From positions 129,072-193,071 of the forward strand of contig CAZLUD010000001.1 in assembly GCA_964562615.1 (NCBI GenBank): DNA of 64,000 bases, in the 5' to 3' direction. Positions 19,689-28,124 of the stretch are shown here, one piece after another. This DNA is from an uncultured Candidatus Saccharibacteria bacterium. Lineage in GTDB: Bacteria; Patescibacteriota; Minisyncoccia; Phycocordibacterales; UBA12088. The notes under the pieces are model-generated. The model had not been told where the DNA came from, did no database searches, and saw only the letters and a list, made by a program, of their open reading frames with translations. Each line of letters starts with the position of its first letter. Position 1 is the first letter of the stretch. Position numbers and translations under genes: made by a program.

Positions 19689-21203
19689 CTAGTTCTCGAA
19701 GTCAAACTTCTTTGTAACGCCATTTACTGTCATTGAGAAACTATCAACATTTCCAGTAAATCCATCTGCATATGGCTCACCTACACGAATACCAAGCCAT
19801 GAGTCTGTTGATCGTGTCTCAGCGTTAGGCCATGTAGCAACAATATCGTTCCATGTTCTGTTTGCATTAGTGTTTCCATCTGGCCACATGTTGCCGTTAG
19901 CTGCAAATCCAGACCATGACCACATGCTTGTACCACCTGTATTCCATGTCTGCCATGTGTCAGGTACTACCGTGCCGTTAGCACTTGGTACAAACACTAG
20001 ACGCCTTTGCCATGTATCAGAATTGTTAAAGTCAACATTGAAGTGAAGGTACGGTGCTCGCTGTGTGCTTCCAGGGTTACCAACCGATTGCGAAAGGGTG
20101 GTAAAGCTCATTGCGTCGATATCAGCAAGCTTTATATCCTTAAACTGATAGGTAGCGATATTCTTTCTTTCTGTTCCTGATACTGTCATTTGTGCGCTTC
20201 CTGTACCAGTCATAGGAGTGGTAGGTCCTGCAACAAAGCTGCCAAGTCCGCTATTGATAGTGTCGTTCTCATCGTTATAGAAGAACCACTTTGTAGGGTC
20301 AGATGCTACATCTACAAAGCTTGATGCTAGGTTAGACGCACCAACATTTGTCTCGATAGCAATAGGTCCAGCTGCAGGTACTCCCTCGCATACGAAACTA
20401 CTATTATTTCGAGACTGTACTGCCATAAAGGCTACATCCAGTTTTGTGCTGTCTGTTTGTGCGGCATTGGTAGTACTTGCACCATCGCAGGTAAATCCAG
20501 TACTACCTCTAGCAAGTGGACCGCTAGTAGCAACTCCATCTTGAGAAACTGGTGCGCTTGTCATTGTTCCAAAGCACCATCCCTTACCAATATACCGCTC
20601 TGTGTTTCCCGCTACTGGTCCAGTGGTTGTCCAGATGTTTCGATTTGAGTCTGCAAGAGCAATGTTTATCGGGGTGTTAAGTGGTGCGTCACCTAATTTT
20701 CCTTGGGTGATTACTGTCTCGTCACTTTCAAGTACATTGTCTCCGTCATCAGCCCACCACATAAATGAAAGTGATTGTGCAAGGTCACCGTCAGTCATGT
20801 CTGTGTCTGGCTCTACACAGGTAGTATCAACACCAAGCTCTGAGTCATTGCAGGTTACGTCATCATTCTCTTTTACGGTAACTGCAGCACAAAGCCATGA
20901 GTCGTTTGATGACACCTTAAGTCCAATGGTGTCCTCACCGTGATCACCTGGCTTTACATCAGCAAAATTGAAAAAGAGCTTACCAGTAAGCTCGTTCCAC
21001 GCCCATGTAGTAGCCGTTGAAGCAACAAGAGTACCTGTCGCATCAGTGACATAACTTGTGTTAGATACCTTGAGGTCAATGTCTCCTGCAGCAAAGGTAT
21101 TTCCTGTCGAAGTCTCTGAATCAGAGAAAAACGCTCCAGTAGCTCCGATTGCCGCTACGCCTACAAAGGCGATCATTGCAAGCGATAATATGATTCTTTT
21201 CAT
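19689..21203 (-). CDS. TasA/camelysin-like secreted protein (SipW-cognate signal)
   Basis: GATGAFFSDSETSTGNTFAAGDIDLKV. FADVKPGDHGEDTIGLKVSSNDSW core. MAVQSRNNSSFVC paralog motif. Start set at MKRIILSL. Confidence 0.7.
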   Translation of the reverse strand: MKRIILSLAMIAFVGVAAIGATGAFFSDSETSTGNTFAAGDIDLKVSNTSYVTDATGTLVASTATTWAWNELTGKLFFNFADVKPGDHGEDTIGLKVSSNDSWLCAAVTVKENDDVTCNDSELGVDTTCVEPDTDMTDGDLAQSLSFMWWADDGDNVLESDETVITQGKLGDAPLNTPINIALADSNRNIWTTTGPVAGNTERYIGKGWCFGTMTSAPVSQDGVATSGPLARGSTGFTCDGASTTNAAQTDSTKLDVAFMAVQSRNNSSFVCEGVPAAGPIAIETNVGASNLASSFVDVASDPTKWFFYNDENDTINSGLGSFVAGPTTPMTGTGSAQMTVSGTERKNIATYQFKDIKLADIDAMSFTTLSQSVGNPGSTQRAPYLHFNVDFNNSDTWQRRLVFVPSANGTVVPDTWQTWNTGGTSMWSWSGFAANGNMWPDGNTNANRTWNDIVATWPNAETRSTDSWLGIRVGEPYADGFTGNVDSFSMTVNGVTKKFDFEN

Positions 21204-21593
21204 GTATACGTATCTACTAATAATAATCTGATAAATCATTCACTTACTATAACTGGCACTCTTAAAGAACAGATACGACAAACACCGCATTTCTGGTGCG
21301 GTTTCTCTCGTCTACGCGTTAGTAGTTATGCGCATGACTTCGACAGTATACGCCACAATATTCACACAATACAAAGGTGAAATGCGTGCTAACAACGATG
21401 AAAAATCACTGTCAAATAAAAGGACAATACGCATTTTTATATATCAATAACAAAGCCATATAATCGATGTCTTTTATAATTCAAACGAGGCATTTCCTCG
21501 TAAAAGACATAACTTTATAGGACACATTTAGTGACCTATATAACCCCGTCTTATGCACGTGGTACACGTGTTGCAGTGTGCTATAGTAGCCAT

Positions 21594-23807
21594 ATGAATG
21601 AGAAGGTAACAGACCCAATCTTTTTGAAGCCATACAACCCCTCTGAGGTAGAGGAATCTCTCTACAGAGAGTGGGAGACATCTAGCTTCTTTAACCCAGA
21701 CACCTGCAAAGAAAGAGGCGTCGCAGACCCTGAAGCACAGCCCTTTTCTATTGTGCTTCCACCGCCTAACGTAACCGGTACTCTCCACATGGGGCATGCC
21801 GCCATGCTGGCGACAGAGGATATTCTGGTCCGTCACGCGCGCATGACTGGCAAGCCAACACTTTGGCTACCTGGCACAGACTCAGCTGCCATCGCAACCC
21901 AAAGCAAGGTTGAAAAAGAGATACAAAAAAAGGAGGGTAAAAGCCGGTACGACCTAGGAAGAGATGAACTACTTAGACGCGTAGGAGAATTTGCTGAAGA
22001 AAGCAAGGCAACCATCATTGCTCAAACCAAAAAAATGGGAAGCAGTCTTGATTGGTCACGTTATGCCTATACCATGGACGAAACTCGCTACAAGGCAGTA
22101 ATGACGGCCTTTGTGCGCATGTATGAGGCAGGACTCATCTACCGTGGTCACCGTATCGTAAATTGGGACCCTAAGGGGCAAACCACCATCTCCGATGACG
22201 AAATCGTGTACGTAGAAGAGAAAACTACCTTTTACCATTTTCAATATGGTCCATTTGTCATAGGTACCGCTCGTCCAGAAACTAAATTTGGGGACAAATA
22301 TGTCGTGATGCATCCAGATGATGAACGCTACAAAGACTACTCACATGGTCAAACAATCGAGGTTGAGTGGATAAATGGAATTATTACTGCAACCATAATT
22401 AAAGATGCCTCAATTGATATGGCGTTTGGTACGGGAGTTATGACCATTACCCCGTGGCATAGTGTGGTTGATTTTGAAATCGCAGAACGTCACCACCTTG
22501 ATAAAGAGCAGATTATTGATGAACGAGGCAAGCTTCTCCCTATTGCTGGCGAGTGCGCTGGTATGAAAATTACCGAAGCAAGAGCACGTGTTGTTGAGCT
22601 CCTACGAGCAAAGGGGCTTATTGTAAAAGAAGAGGCATATACCCATAACATAGCCACCGCAGAGCGTACTGGTGCAACCATTGAACCTCAAATTAAGGAA
22701 CAATGGTTTATTGACGTTGATAAAGAATTTACTATCCCAAAGTCTTCTATTGTTGGTATACCAAGTGGTTCACAAACAACACTTAAAGCACTTATGAAGC
22801 AGTGTGTAGAGAGTAAAGAAATACACATACTTCCCGACCGATTTGAGAAGGTCTACTTTAACTGGATAGATAATTTGCGACCATGGTGTATATCTCGCCA
22901 AATATGGTTTGGGCACCGCATACCCGTATGGTACAAAGGTGAAGAAATGTTTGTAGGAGTTACCGCCCCTACCGGTGAAGGATGGGAGCAAGACCCGGAC
23001 ACGCTTGATACATGGTTTTCTTCTGGTTTATGGACATTTTCTACCTTGGGTTGGCCTGATAACACCCCCGACCTTACTACCTACCACCCAACTACCGTAC
23101 TCGAAACCGGTTATGACATACTCTTTTTCTGGGTAGCACGTATGGTACTTATGAGCACGTTCCATCTTGGAGAGGTGCCATTTAAAACGGTCTACCTTCA
23201 CGGTCTTGTGCGTGATGCCAAAGGACAAAAAATGAGCAAATCTCTCGGCAACATCATCGATCCAGTAGAGCTCATAGAAAAGTACGGCGCTGATGCAGTA
23301 CGCCTCTCTCTTATTATTGGCGCTGCAGCTGGTAATGACACCAAGCTATCTGAAGACAAGGTGCGTGGCTATAAATACTTTGCTAATAAGCTATGGAATG
23401 TAGCAAGATTTATTTTTGAAAATACACAAGACACGGATATCACGGATGGTGCAACACTTTCAACACAAGATGCGCAGTACCTACACACCTTTACTGAACT
23501 TAGCAAAGAAATTGACAGTGACATACAGAACTTCAGACTCTACTTAGCTGCAGAAAAGTTGTATCACTACGCATGGGACACGCTCGCCGCCCATATCCTT
23601 GAAGAAAGTAAGAAGCTATTTGCAGAAGGCAATGAGGCACTCATTACGTCTAGAAAACAACTACTACTTATCATCTTGCGTGACCTGTTAAAGCTACTCC
23701 ACCCTTTTGCGCCGTTTGTAACAGAAAAAATTTGGCAACACTCGCCATTTAGACAACAGTCTCGTCCATTTATCATGATAGAGACGTGGCCTGTTCACAA
23801 CAAATAA
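21594..23807 (+). CDS. valS: valyl-tRNA synthetase (short form, no C-terminal coiled-coil)
   Basis: PPPNVTGTLHMGHA (HIGH), WCISRQIWFGHRIPVWY and KMSKSLGN. 737 aa from the MNEKV start. Confidence 0.9.
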   Translation: MNEKVTDPIFLKPYNPSEVEESLYREWETSSFFNPDTCKERGVADPEAQPFSIVLPPPNVTGTLHMGHAAMLATEDILVRHARMTGKPTLWLPGTDSAAIATQSKVEKEIQKKEGKSRYDLGRDELLRRVGEFAEESKATIIAQTKKMGSSLDWSRYAYTMDETRYKAVMTAFVRMYEAGLIYRGHRIVNWDPKGQTTISDDEIVYVEEKTTFYHFQYGPFVIGTARPETKFGDKYVVMHPDDERYKDYSHGQTIEVEWINGIITATIIKDASIDMAFGTGVMTITPWHSVVDFEIAERHHLDKEQIIDERGKLLPIAGECAGMKITEARARVVELLRAKGLIVKEEAYTHNIATAERTGATIEPQIKEQWFIDVDKEFTIPKSSIVGIPSGSQTTLKALMKQCVESKEIHILPDRFEKVYFNWIDNLRPWCISRQIWFGHRIPVWYKGEEMFVGVTAPTGEGWEQDPDTLDTWFSSGLWTFSTLGWPDNTPDLTTYHPTTVLETGYDILFFWVARMVLMSTFHLGEVPFKTVYLHGLVRDAKGQKMSKSLGNIIDPVELIEKYGADAVRLSLIIGAAAGNDTKLSEDKVRGYKYFANKLWNVARFIFENTQDTDITDGATLSTQDAQYLHTFTELSKEIDSDIQNFRLYLAAEKLYHYAWDTLAAHILEESKKLFAEGNEALITSRKQLLLIILRDLLKLLHPFAPFVTEKIWQHSPFRQQSRPFIMIETWPVHNK

Positions 23808-23831
23808 CGCTTTGTGCGTTATACTTTATGC

Positions 23832-24572
23832 ATGGAGCTAGCCGCTACGTGGCTTTCTATTATTGGCGCGTCACCCGCTGGGGCTTATGCCTATGCGTTT
23901 ATAGGAGGTATCGTACCTGCGCTAGTATGGCTTGTGTTCTTTTTGCGTGAAGACAGACTTCACCCCGAGCCACGAAAGCTACTTATCTTTACCTTCATCG
24001 CCGGTATGTCCTGCGTTATCTTTGTACTTCCTGTACAACGATTTGCATATGGATTTTTAACCGGTGGATCGCTATTACTCGCATGGGCATTTATTGAGGA
24101 GTTATTTAAATACTGGGCAGCGTATCTTGTGGTGTTGTGGCAATCGGCGGTGGATGAGCCAATGGATCCAGTCATTTATATGATTACCGCCGCGCTTGGA
24201 TTTGCCGCACTCGAAAATGCACTTTTTATGTCAGGCCCTCTATTAAGCGGTAATCCTACAGAAGCGCTCATAACGGGTAATCTTCGTTTTATTGGTGCTG
24301 CCCTTCTTCATGTGGTTGCTTCTGCATCAATCGGTATCGCACTTGCTCTTTCGTTTTATCGAAAGAGCAAATATAAACGATTGTATTTTTTAACCGGATT
24401 TATCCTTTCAGTCTTATTGCATACTATATTTAACTTTTTTATAATGGAGAGTAACGGAGGAGAGGTACTTATTGTCTTTTCTTTTGTCTGGATTGGTGTC
24501 ATTCTATTACTACTCCTCTTCGAGAGAATAAAGCTTATCAAAAAACCATTACCCGCAAACATCTTTAAATAA
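23832..24572 (+). CDS. prsW: PrsW-family intramembrane protease
   Basis: Polytopic. FIEELFKYWAA (EExxK) and FAALENALF motifs typical of PrsW (DUF2324). Confidence 0.65.
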   Translation: MELAATWLSIIGASPAGAYAYAFIGGIVPALVWLVFFLREDRLHPEPRKLLIFTFIAGMSCVIFVLPVQRFAYGFLTGGSLLLAWAFIEELFKYWAAYLVVLWQSAVDEPMDPVIYMITAALGFAALENALFMSGPLLSGNPTEALITGNLRFIGAALLHVVASASIGIALALSFYRKSKYKRLYFLTGFILSVLLHTIFNFFIMESNGGEVLIVFSFVWIGVILLLLLFERIKLIKKPLPANIFK

Positions 24573-24576
24573 CATT

Positions 24577-25080
24577 ATGGCAAGAGATAAACGATCATTT
24601 TTTGAACGACTAACTGGCACAGTAAGCACTGACGAGTACGAAGAATTTGAAGATGAATTTGTTCCACCAACCGCCACTCCTCAAGCAGCAAAGAAGGCAC
24701 GAGTGATGCCAGTAGCTGAACAACCAGTATATGAGGAACCAGAACCGGAAGAAGAAGGTCAGCTCTCAGTAGATGTGTACCAAACACCAACGGATATTGT
24801 CATAAAAGCAGTTGTTGCTGGTGTAAAGCCAGATGAGTTAGATGTAGCAATAACGAGAGACATGGTCACCATACGAGGAGAACGCCAAGAAGTAAAAGAA
24901 GCAGCAGACGAGAATTATTTCCATCAAGAGTTGTACTGGGGTAGATTCTCACGAACTATTCTTCTCCCTGCTGAAATCGAGGTAGAAGGTGCAGAAGCAC
25001 AAGAAAAGCACGGCGTCCTCGTCATTCGTCTTCCTAAAATAGATAAAGACCGACAAACTAAGCTCAAGGTAAAGAGTTAA
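24577..25080 (+). CDS. Hsp20/alpha-crystallin small heat-shock protein
   Basis: Alpha-crystallin domain: DVYQTPTDIVIKAVVAGVKPDELDV ... GVLVIRLPK. Confidence 0.85.
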   Translation: MARDKRSFFERLTGTVSTDEYEEFEDEFVPPTATPQAAKKARVMPVAEQPVYEEPEPEEEGQLSVDVYQTPTDIVIKAVVAGVKPDELDVAITRDMVTIRGERQEVKEAADENYFHQELYWGRFSRTILLPAEIEVEGAEAQEKHGVLVIRLPKIDKDRQTKLKVKS

Positions 25081-25191
25081 AGCTGTTTGCAGCAAAATTA
25101 CTTGACTTGGTCATACAAATACTGTATATTTTAAGTATAAATGGCCTTCGGGCTCGGTTCCCAAAAGGAACCAGAATAGACAAAAAGGCGA

Positions 25192-25587
25192 TCAGATCAT
25201 CGATCTTATCGCTTTTTTGATTTCCTTGTATGAGGCATCATCTGCAACACCTAATTTATCTATAAACCTTTTTGTATCAATAGGACGAGTTTGAGAAATT
25301 ATTGCCATGCGCTCAGTTGCGTCCCCAACTATCGAGCATGGAAGATAATATTTGTTACTTTTTATACGCGTTGTTAAAGGCACTGCAAGAACCAAGTACT
25401 TATTAAACTTTTTTACTATTAGTACAGGTCTTCTAAACTCGGGTCCCTTTCCATCTTGCTCGAATCCAATATTCAAACCAAGTGCAATCCACCAAACTTC
25501 TTTCTCTCTAAAAAAGATATTGCCAATATCCTCACGTTCATTTAAAAATTCCTTCTTTCCATGCCATGTTTCAAAATCCTTTTTCAT
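25192..25587 (-). CDS. MazF/PemK-family endoribonuclease toxin-like protein (solo; no adjacent antitoxin ORF)
   Basis: EVWWIALGLNIGFEQDGKGPEFRRPVLIV ... LVLAVPLTTRIK ... IISQTRPIDTKRFIDKLG aligns with the PemK consensus (GD.V.V.F..G.EQ.G.RP.VV.S ... V.PLTS ... Q.R.ID..R). Confidence 0.6.
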   Translation of the reverse strand: MKKDFETWHGKKEFLNEREDIGNIFFREKEVWWIALGLNIGFEQDGKGPEFRRPVLIVKKFNKYLVLAVPLTTRIKSNKYYLPCSIVGDATERMAIISQTRPIDTKRFIDKLGVADDASYKEIKKAIRSMI

Positions 25588-25702
25588 AAAAAAATTGTAG
25601 CATAATTTGCTCAGGCCTCACGAAGGGAGAAGTGAAAAGCAAACAATAATGTTCGTTGCACGTAAAAGGCCGAGGACAAATGTCCTCGGCCTTTTACTCA
25701 TG

Positions 25703-25775
25703 TGCTTGGGGCCGGGTTCGAACCGGCGACCCTTCGCTCTTCAGGCGAATGCTCTACCAACTGAGCTACCCAAGC
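25703..25775 (-). tRNA. tRNA-Phe (anticodon GAA)
   Basis: gcttggg-ta-gctcagttggtagagc-a-ttcgc-ctgaaga-gcgaa-gggtc-gccgg-ttcgaac-ccggc-cccaagc-a. A bidirectional hairpin (25665-25696) lies downstream. Confidence 0.85.
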
Positions 25776-25780
25776 ATGTA

Positions 25781-26110
25781 CTACTCTTTTGGGGTAGAGG
25801 TAGCTTGCTCTCCTCCCAAATAGTTAAGCAACTTCTGTATTCCTTCAGGTAATATAGATTCGGCATTTTTTATACCATCTACTTGTTGCTTTATTTGTGA
25901 ATACGATGATGATATCTCATTCATATACGGTTGTACGTATGAATAGTAGATATACAGCGGCACCCCGATAAGCAACCCCCAATACACAATGGTAATGACG
26001 GTAGTAATTATCCCAGAACGCCGAATTTTCTTCAGCATTCTGTTGTTCTCCTTTTCAAGCTCCAAGGTCTCCCTTAAAAGCCTTAGTGATTCATCGTCCT
26101 TTTGATCCAC
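25781..26110 (-). CDS. hypothetical small membrane protein
   Basis: One TM segment; no motif. Confidence 0.3.
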   Translation of the reverse strand: MDQKDDESLRLLRETLELEKENNRMLKKIRRSGIITTVITIVYWGLLIGVPLYIYYSYVQPYMNEISSSYSQIKQQVDGIKNAESILPEGIQKLLNYLGGEQATSTPKE

Positions 26111-26175
26111 CGCATGATTCTACCAGAAATACTCCCCAAAATAAAGCGCTTAATGTTGACCATCTCCAACGTCGT

Positions 26176-26484
26176 CCAAGGTTCGATTCCTGTTCGGGTG
26201 TGGTGATTGTTTCTGTGCCCTTGGCAGGATATCTCACTCCTCGGAAACCTCACGGTTTTCCGAATCCTTCCTCCACGGGGAAACGGTTGTTTCCCCGACC
26301 CCCTTCCAAGGTTCGATTCCTGTTCGGGTGCATCGACCACTACTGTGCCCTTGGCAGGAATCTTTCCTTACAGGAACAGTAGACCTTTTCTGTTTTTCTT
26401 CGAAAAACTATCAAAGGTTTTCGATTCCTGACAAAACAGTCCCCCAGACTGTTTTTCCAGGGCACAAATTTGTAACCAAATTTG
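26176..26484. repeat. three tandem ~130-bp units of tRNA-derived fragments downstream of tRNA-Arg
   Basis: A-fragments ccaaggttcgattcctgttcgggtg at 26176 and 26306, with a degenerate copy at 26412. B-fragments tgtgcccttggcagga at 26214, 26344 and 26484. B is the tRNA-Arg 3' end. Confidence 0.75.
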
Positions 26485-26556
26485 TGCCCTTGGCAGGAAT
26501 CGAACCTACATCTCTCCCTTAGGACGGGATTGCTCTATCCATTGAGCTACAAGGGC
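26485..26556 (-). tRNA. tRNA-Arg (anticodon CCT)
   Basis: Acceptor gcccttg/caagggc. D-arm tagctcaatggatagagc. Anticodon loop gtcctaa. T-arm gtagg-ttcgatt-cctgc. Confidence 0.8.
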
Positions 26557-26622
26557 AATTATTTGATACCGGCACTATAGCACAAAACCCCGCATTGTTT
26601 ATGCGGGGTTTTGTGTGTGCGC

Positions 26623-26871
26623 TTATATATTAAGCAATGTTGATAGTTGCTTTTCTTCAAAACCTATCATCATTTCTTCCTTATCACCCTCCTTTACGAC
26701 AATCACTGGCACTCCCATTTGCCCGCTCTTGTCTACCATTTCTTTTCTTTTCTCAAGGTCATCTGCAACGTTGTACTCAGTATACATGAGTCCCTTTTCA
26801 GTCAAAAAATCCTTAGTTAATTTGCAAAAATGACAGGTAGGGGTGCTATAGATGGTGATTTGTTTTTCCAT
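26623..26871 (-). CDS. glutaredoxin-like (NrdH/YruB-type) redox protein
   Basis: ITIYSTPTCHFCK CxxC motif. 82 aa thioredoxin fold. GVPVIVV. Confidence 0.8.
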   Translation of the reverse strand: MEKQITIYSTPTCHFCKLTKDFLTEKGLMYTEYNVADDLEKRKEMVDKSGQMGVPVIVVKEGDKEEMMIGFEEKQLSTLLNI

Positions 26872-26989
26872 AAATACTAATTATCTTACAAGCTAGGGCA
26901 GTATAGCATAATTTACCTATTGCAAAATACACCGTTACTGTGTCTTATGCTTACACCACTATCGCGATATATCGCGATAGTGGTGGCAC

Positions 26990-27397
26990 CTAGAACCAAT
27001 CGAGCATTCTTTCAAAGAAGCTTTTTTCTGTGTCTCTGTTTGCATCTAGTGGCACATTGGCTTCCTTTTCTACTACCACAATTGCATACTCACCTTCTTT
27101 GCCTACATCAAATTGTTTTCTGAGTTCCTCTTCCTTACCCTTATCGGTCTCCAGATACGCAATCCTCTCACGAAGCATTGCCTCACGTGCTTGAAGTACT
27201 CCAAGCTCAGCTGCAACCTCCATCCGTTTATTTTTTGCGATAGATGCTTTGTCCCATGCATTATACGCAGCGTTACCTAAAAATACCGCGATAAGAAGTA
27301 GCACCACTACCGCCGGCTTAGAGTACAATACCCTACGGAGCTTTCTTCTTTCATAAAAGGTAAACATACCCCAAGTATACCAAAACTTGCGATACAT
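26990..27397 (-). CDS. FtsB/DivIC-like septum-formation initiator (TM plus coiled coil)
   Basis: N-terminal TM segment VVVLLLIAVFLG, then LQAREAMLRERIAYLETDKGKEEELRKQF coiled coil. Confidence 0.5.
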   Translation of the reverse strand: MYRKFWYTWGMFTFYERRKLRRVLYSKPAVVVLLLIAVFLGNAAYNAWDKASIAKNKRMEVAAELGVLQAREAMLRERIAYLETDKGKEEELRKQFDVGKEGEYAIVVVEKEANVPLDANRDTEKSFFERMLDWF

Positions 27398-27610
27398 CGA
27401 TAAATTGAGTACCCTTATATAACTATGCTATTTCATAAAAAGACAAAAAAGGCCATTAAATGGATTTGGGCGGGATTGGTAGTACTTATCATTTTCTCAA
27501 TGGTGATTCTTTATATTCCACTTGGGTAAAACTGGTTGCTATAGACTACCAGCTTCTTTTGTTGTATAAATTTATTAGTACGGGACAACGGTAGCCAAGG
27601 GAGTGTTAAC

Positions 27611-28075
27611 GTGGTCAAGCTACGGCAGCTGACAGGTTATAATCTAGGGATAATTTCAAAAATTGTTGGTGGCGATTATAATCGCCACGGCGTTTCAAAT
27701 ATTGGCGCCACTCTTGGCAAGCTATTGCAAGGAGAATCAGTACCAAAGGGAGTAGAATTTTTTGCTATATACCATGGTAATGATTTTGTAGGGGTAAGAT
27801 ATATCAGACCTCAGGAAGAAGGAGTTGAAACGGGAGTATGGATACTCCCCCACCAGAGGAAACGTGGATATGCCACAGATTCACTGAAAGCTCTTATTGA
27901 AATAATGCAAGCTGAGTATGCATGTGTTGGGTATAAGAAAATTTTTATCTATGTAGATAAGGCTAAAAATCCACACGCATGCATTCCCGCAATAAGGTGT
28001 GGGTTTACCGAAAAAGGAATTGCTGAAAATGATAATGGATCACAATTTGCAATATTCGTCCTCCAATTATATTGA
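27611..28075 (+). CDS. GNAT-family acetyltransferase-like protein (GTG start)
   Basis: HQRKRGYATDSLKALIEI resembles GNAT motif A (Q/RxxGxG/A). 154 aa. Confidence 0.5.
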   Translation: MVKLRQLTGYNLGIISKIVGGDYNRHGVSNIGATLGKLLQGESVPKGVEFFAIYHGNDFVGVRYIRPQEEGVETGVWILPHQRKRGYATDSLKALIEIMQAEYACVGYKKIFIYVDKAKNPHACIPAIRCGFTEKGIAENDNGSQFAIFVLQLY

Positions 28076-28090
28076 CGCCCTCTAATTCAG

Positions 28091-28124
28091 AAAGGCGGTC
28101 GCAAGACCGCCTTTCTCTTTTTTA
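28091..28124. terminator. bidirectional intrinsic terminator (GNAT / lepA convergent)
   Basis: gaaaggcggtc-gcaa-gaccgcctttc followed by tcttttttaa. Confidence 0.7.

Noticed and set aside
21240-21590. T-box or other leader upstream of valS
   Set aside because: No T-box conserved sequence (AATTAGGGTGGNACCGCG-like) or specifier/antiterminator pairing could be found. Only a generic hairpin at 21279-21304.
26176-26500. Possible CRISPR array: repeated ~17-25-nt elements at about 130-bp spacing
   Set aside because: There are only three copies. The repeats are copies of a tRNA 3' end, and the so-called spacers are about 110 bp long and share hairpins with one another. No cas genes are present.
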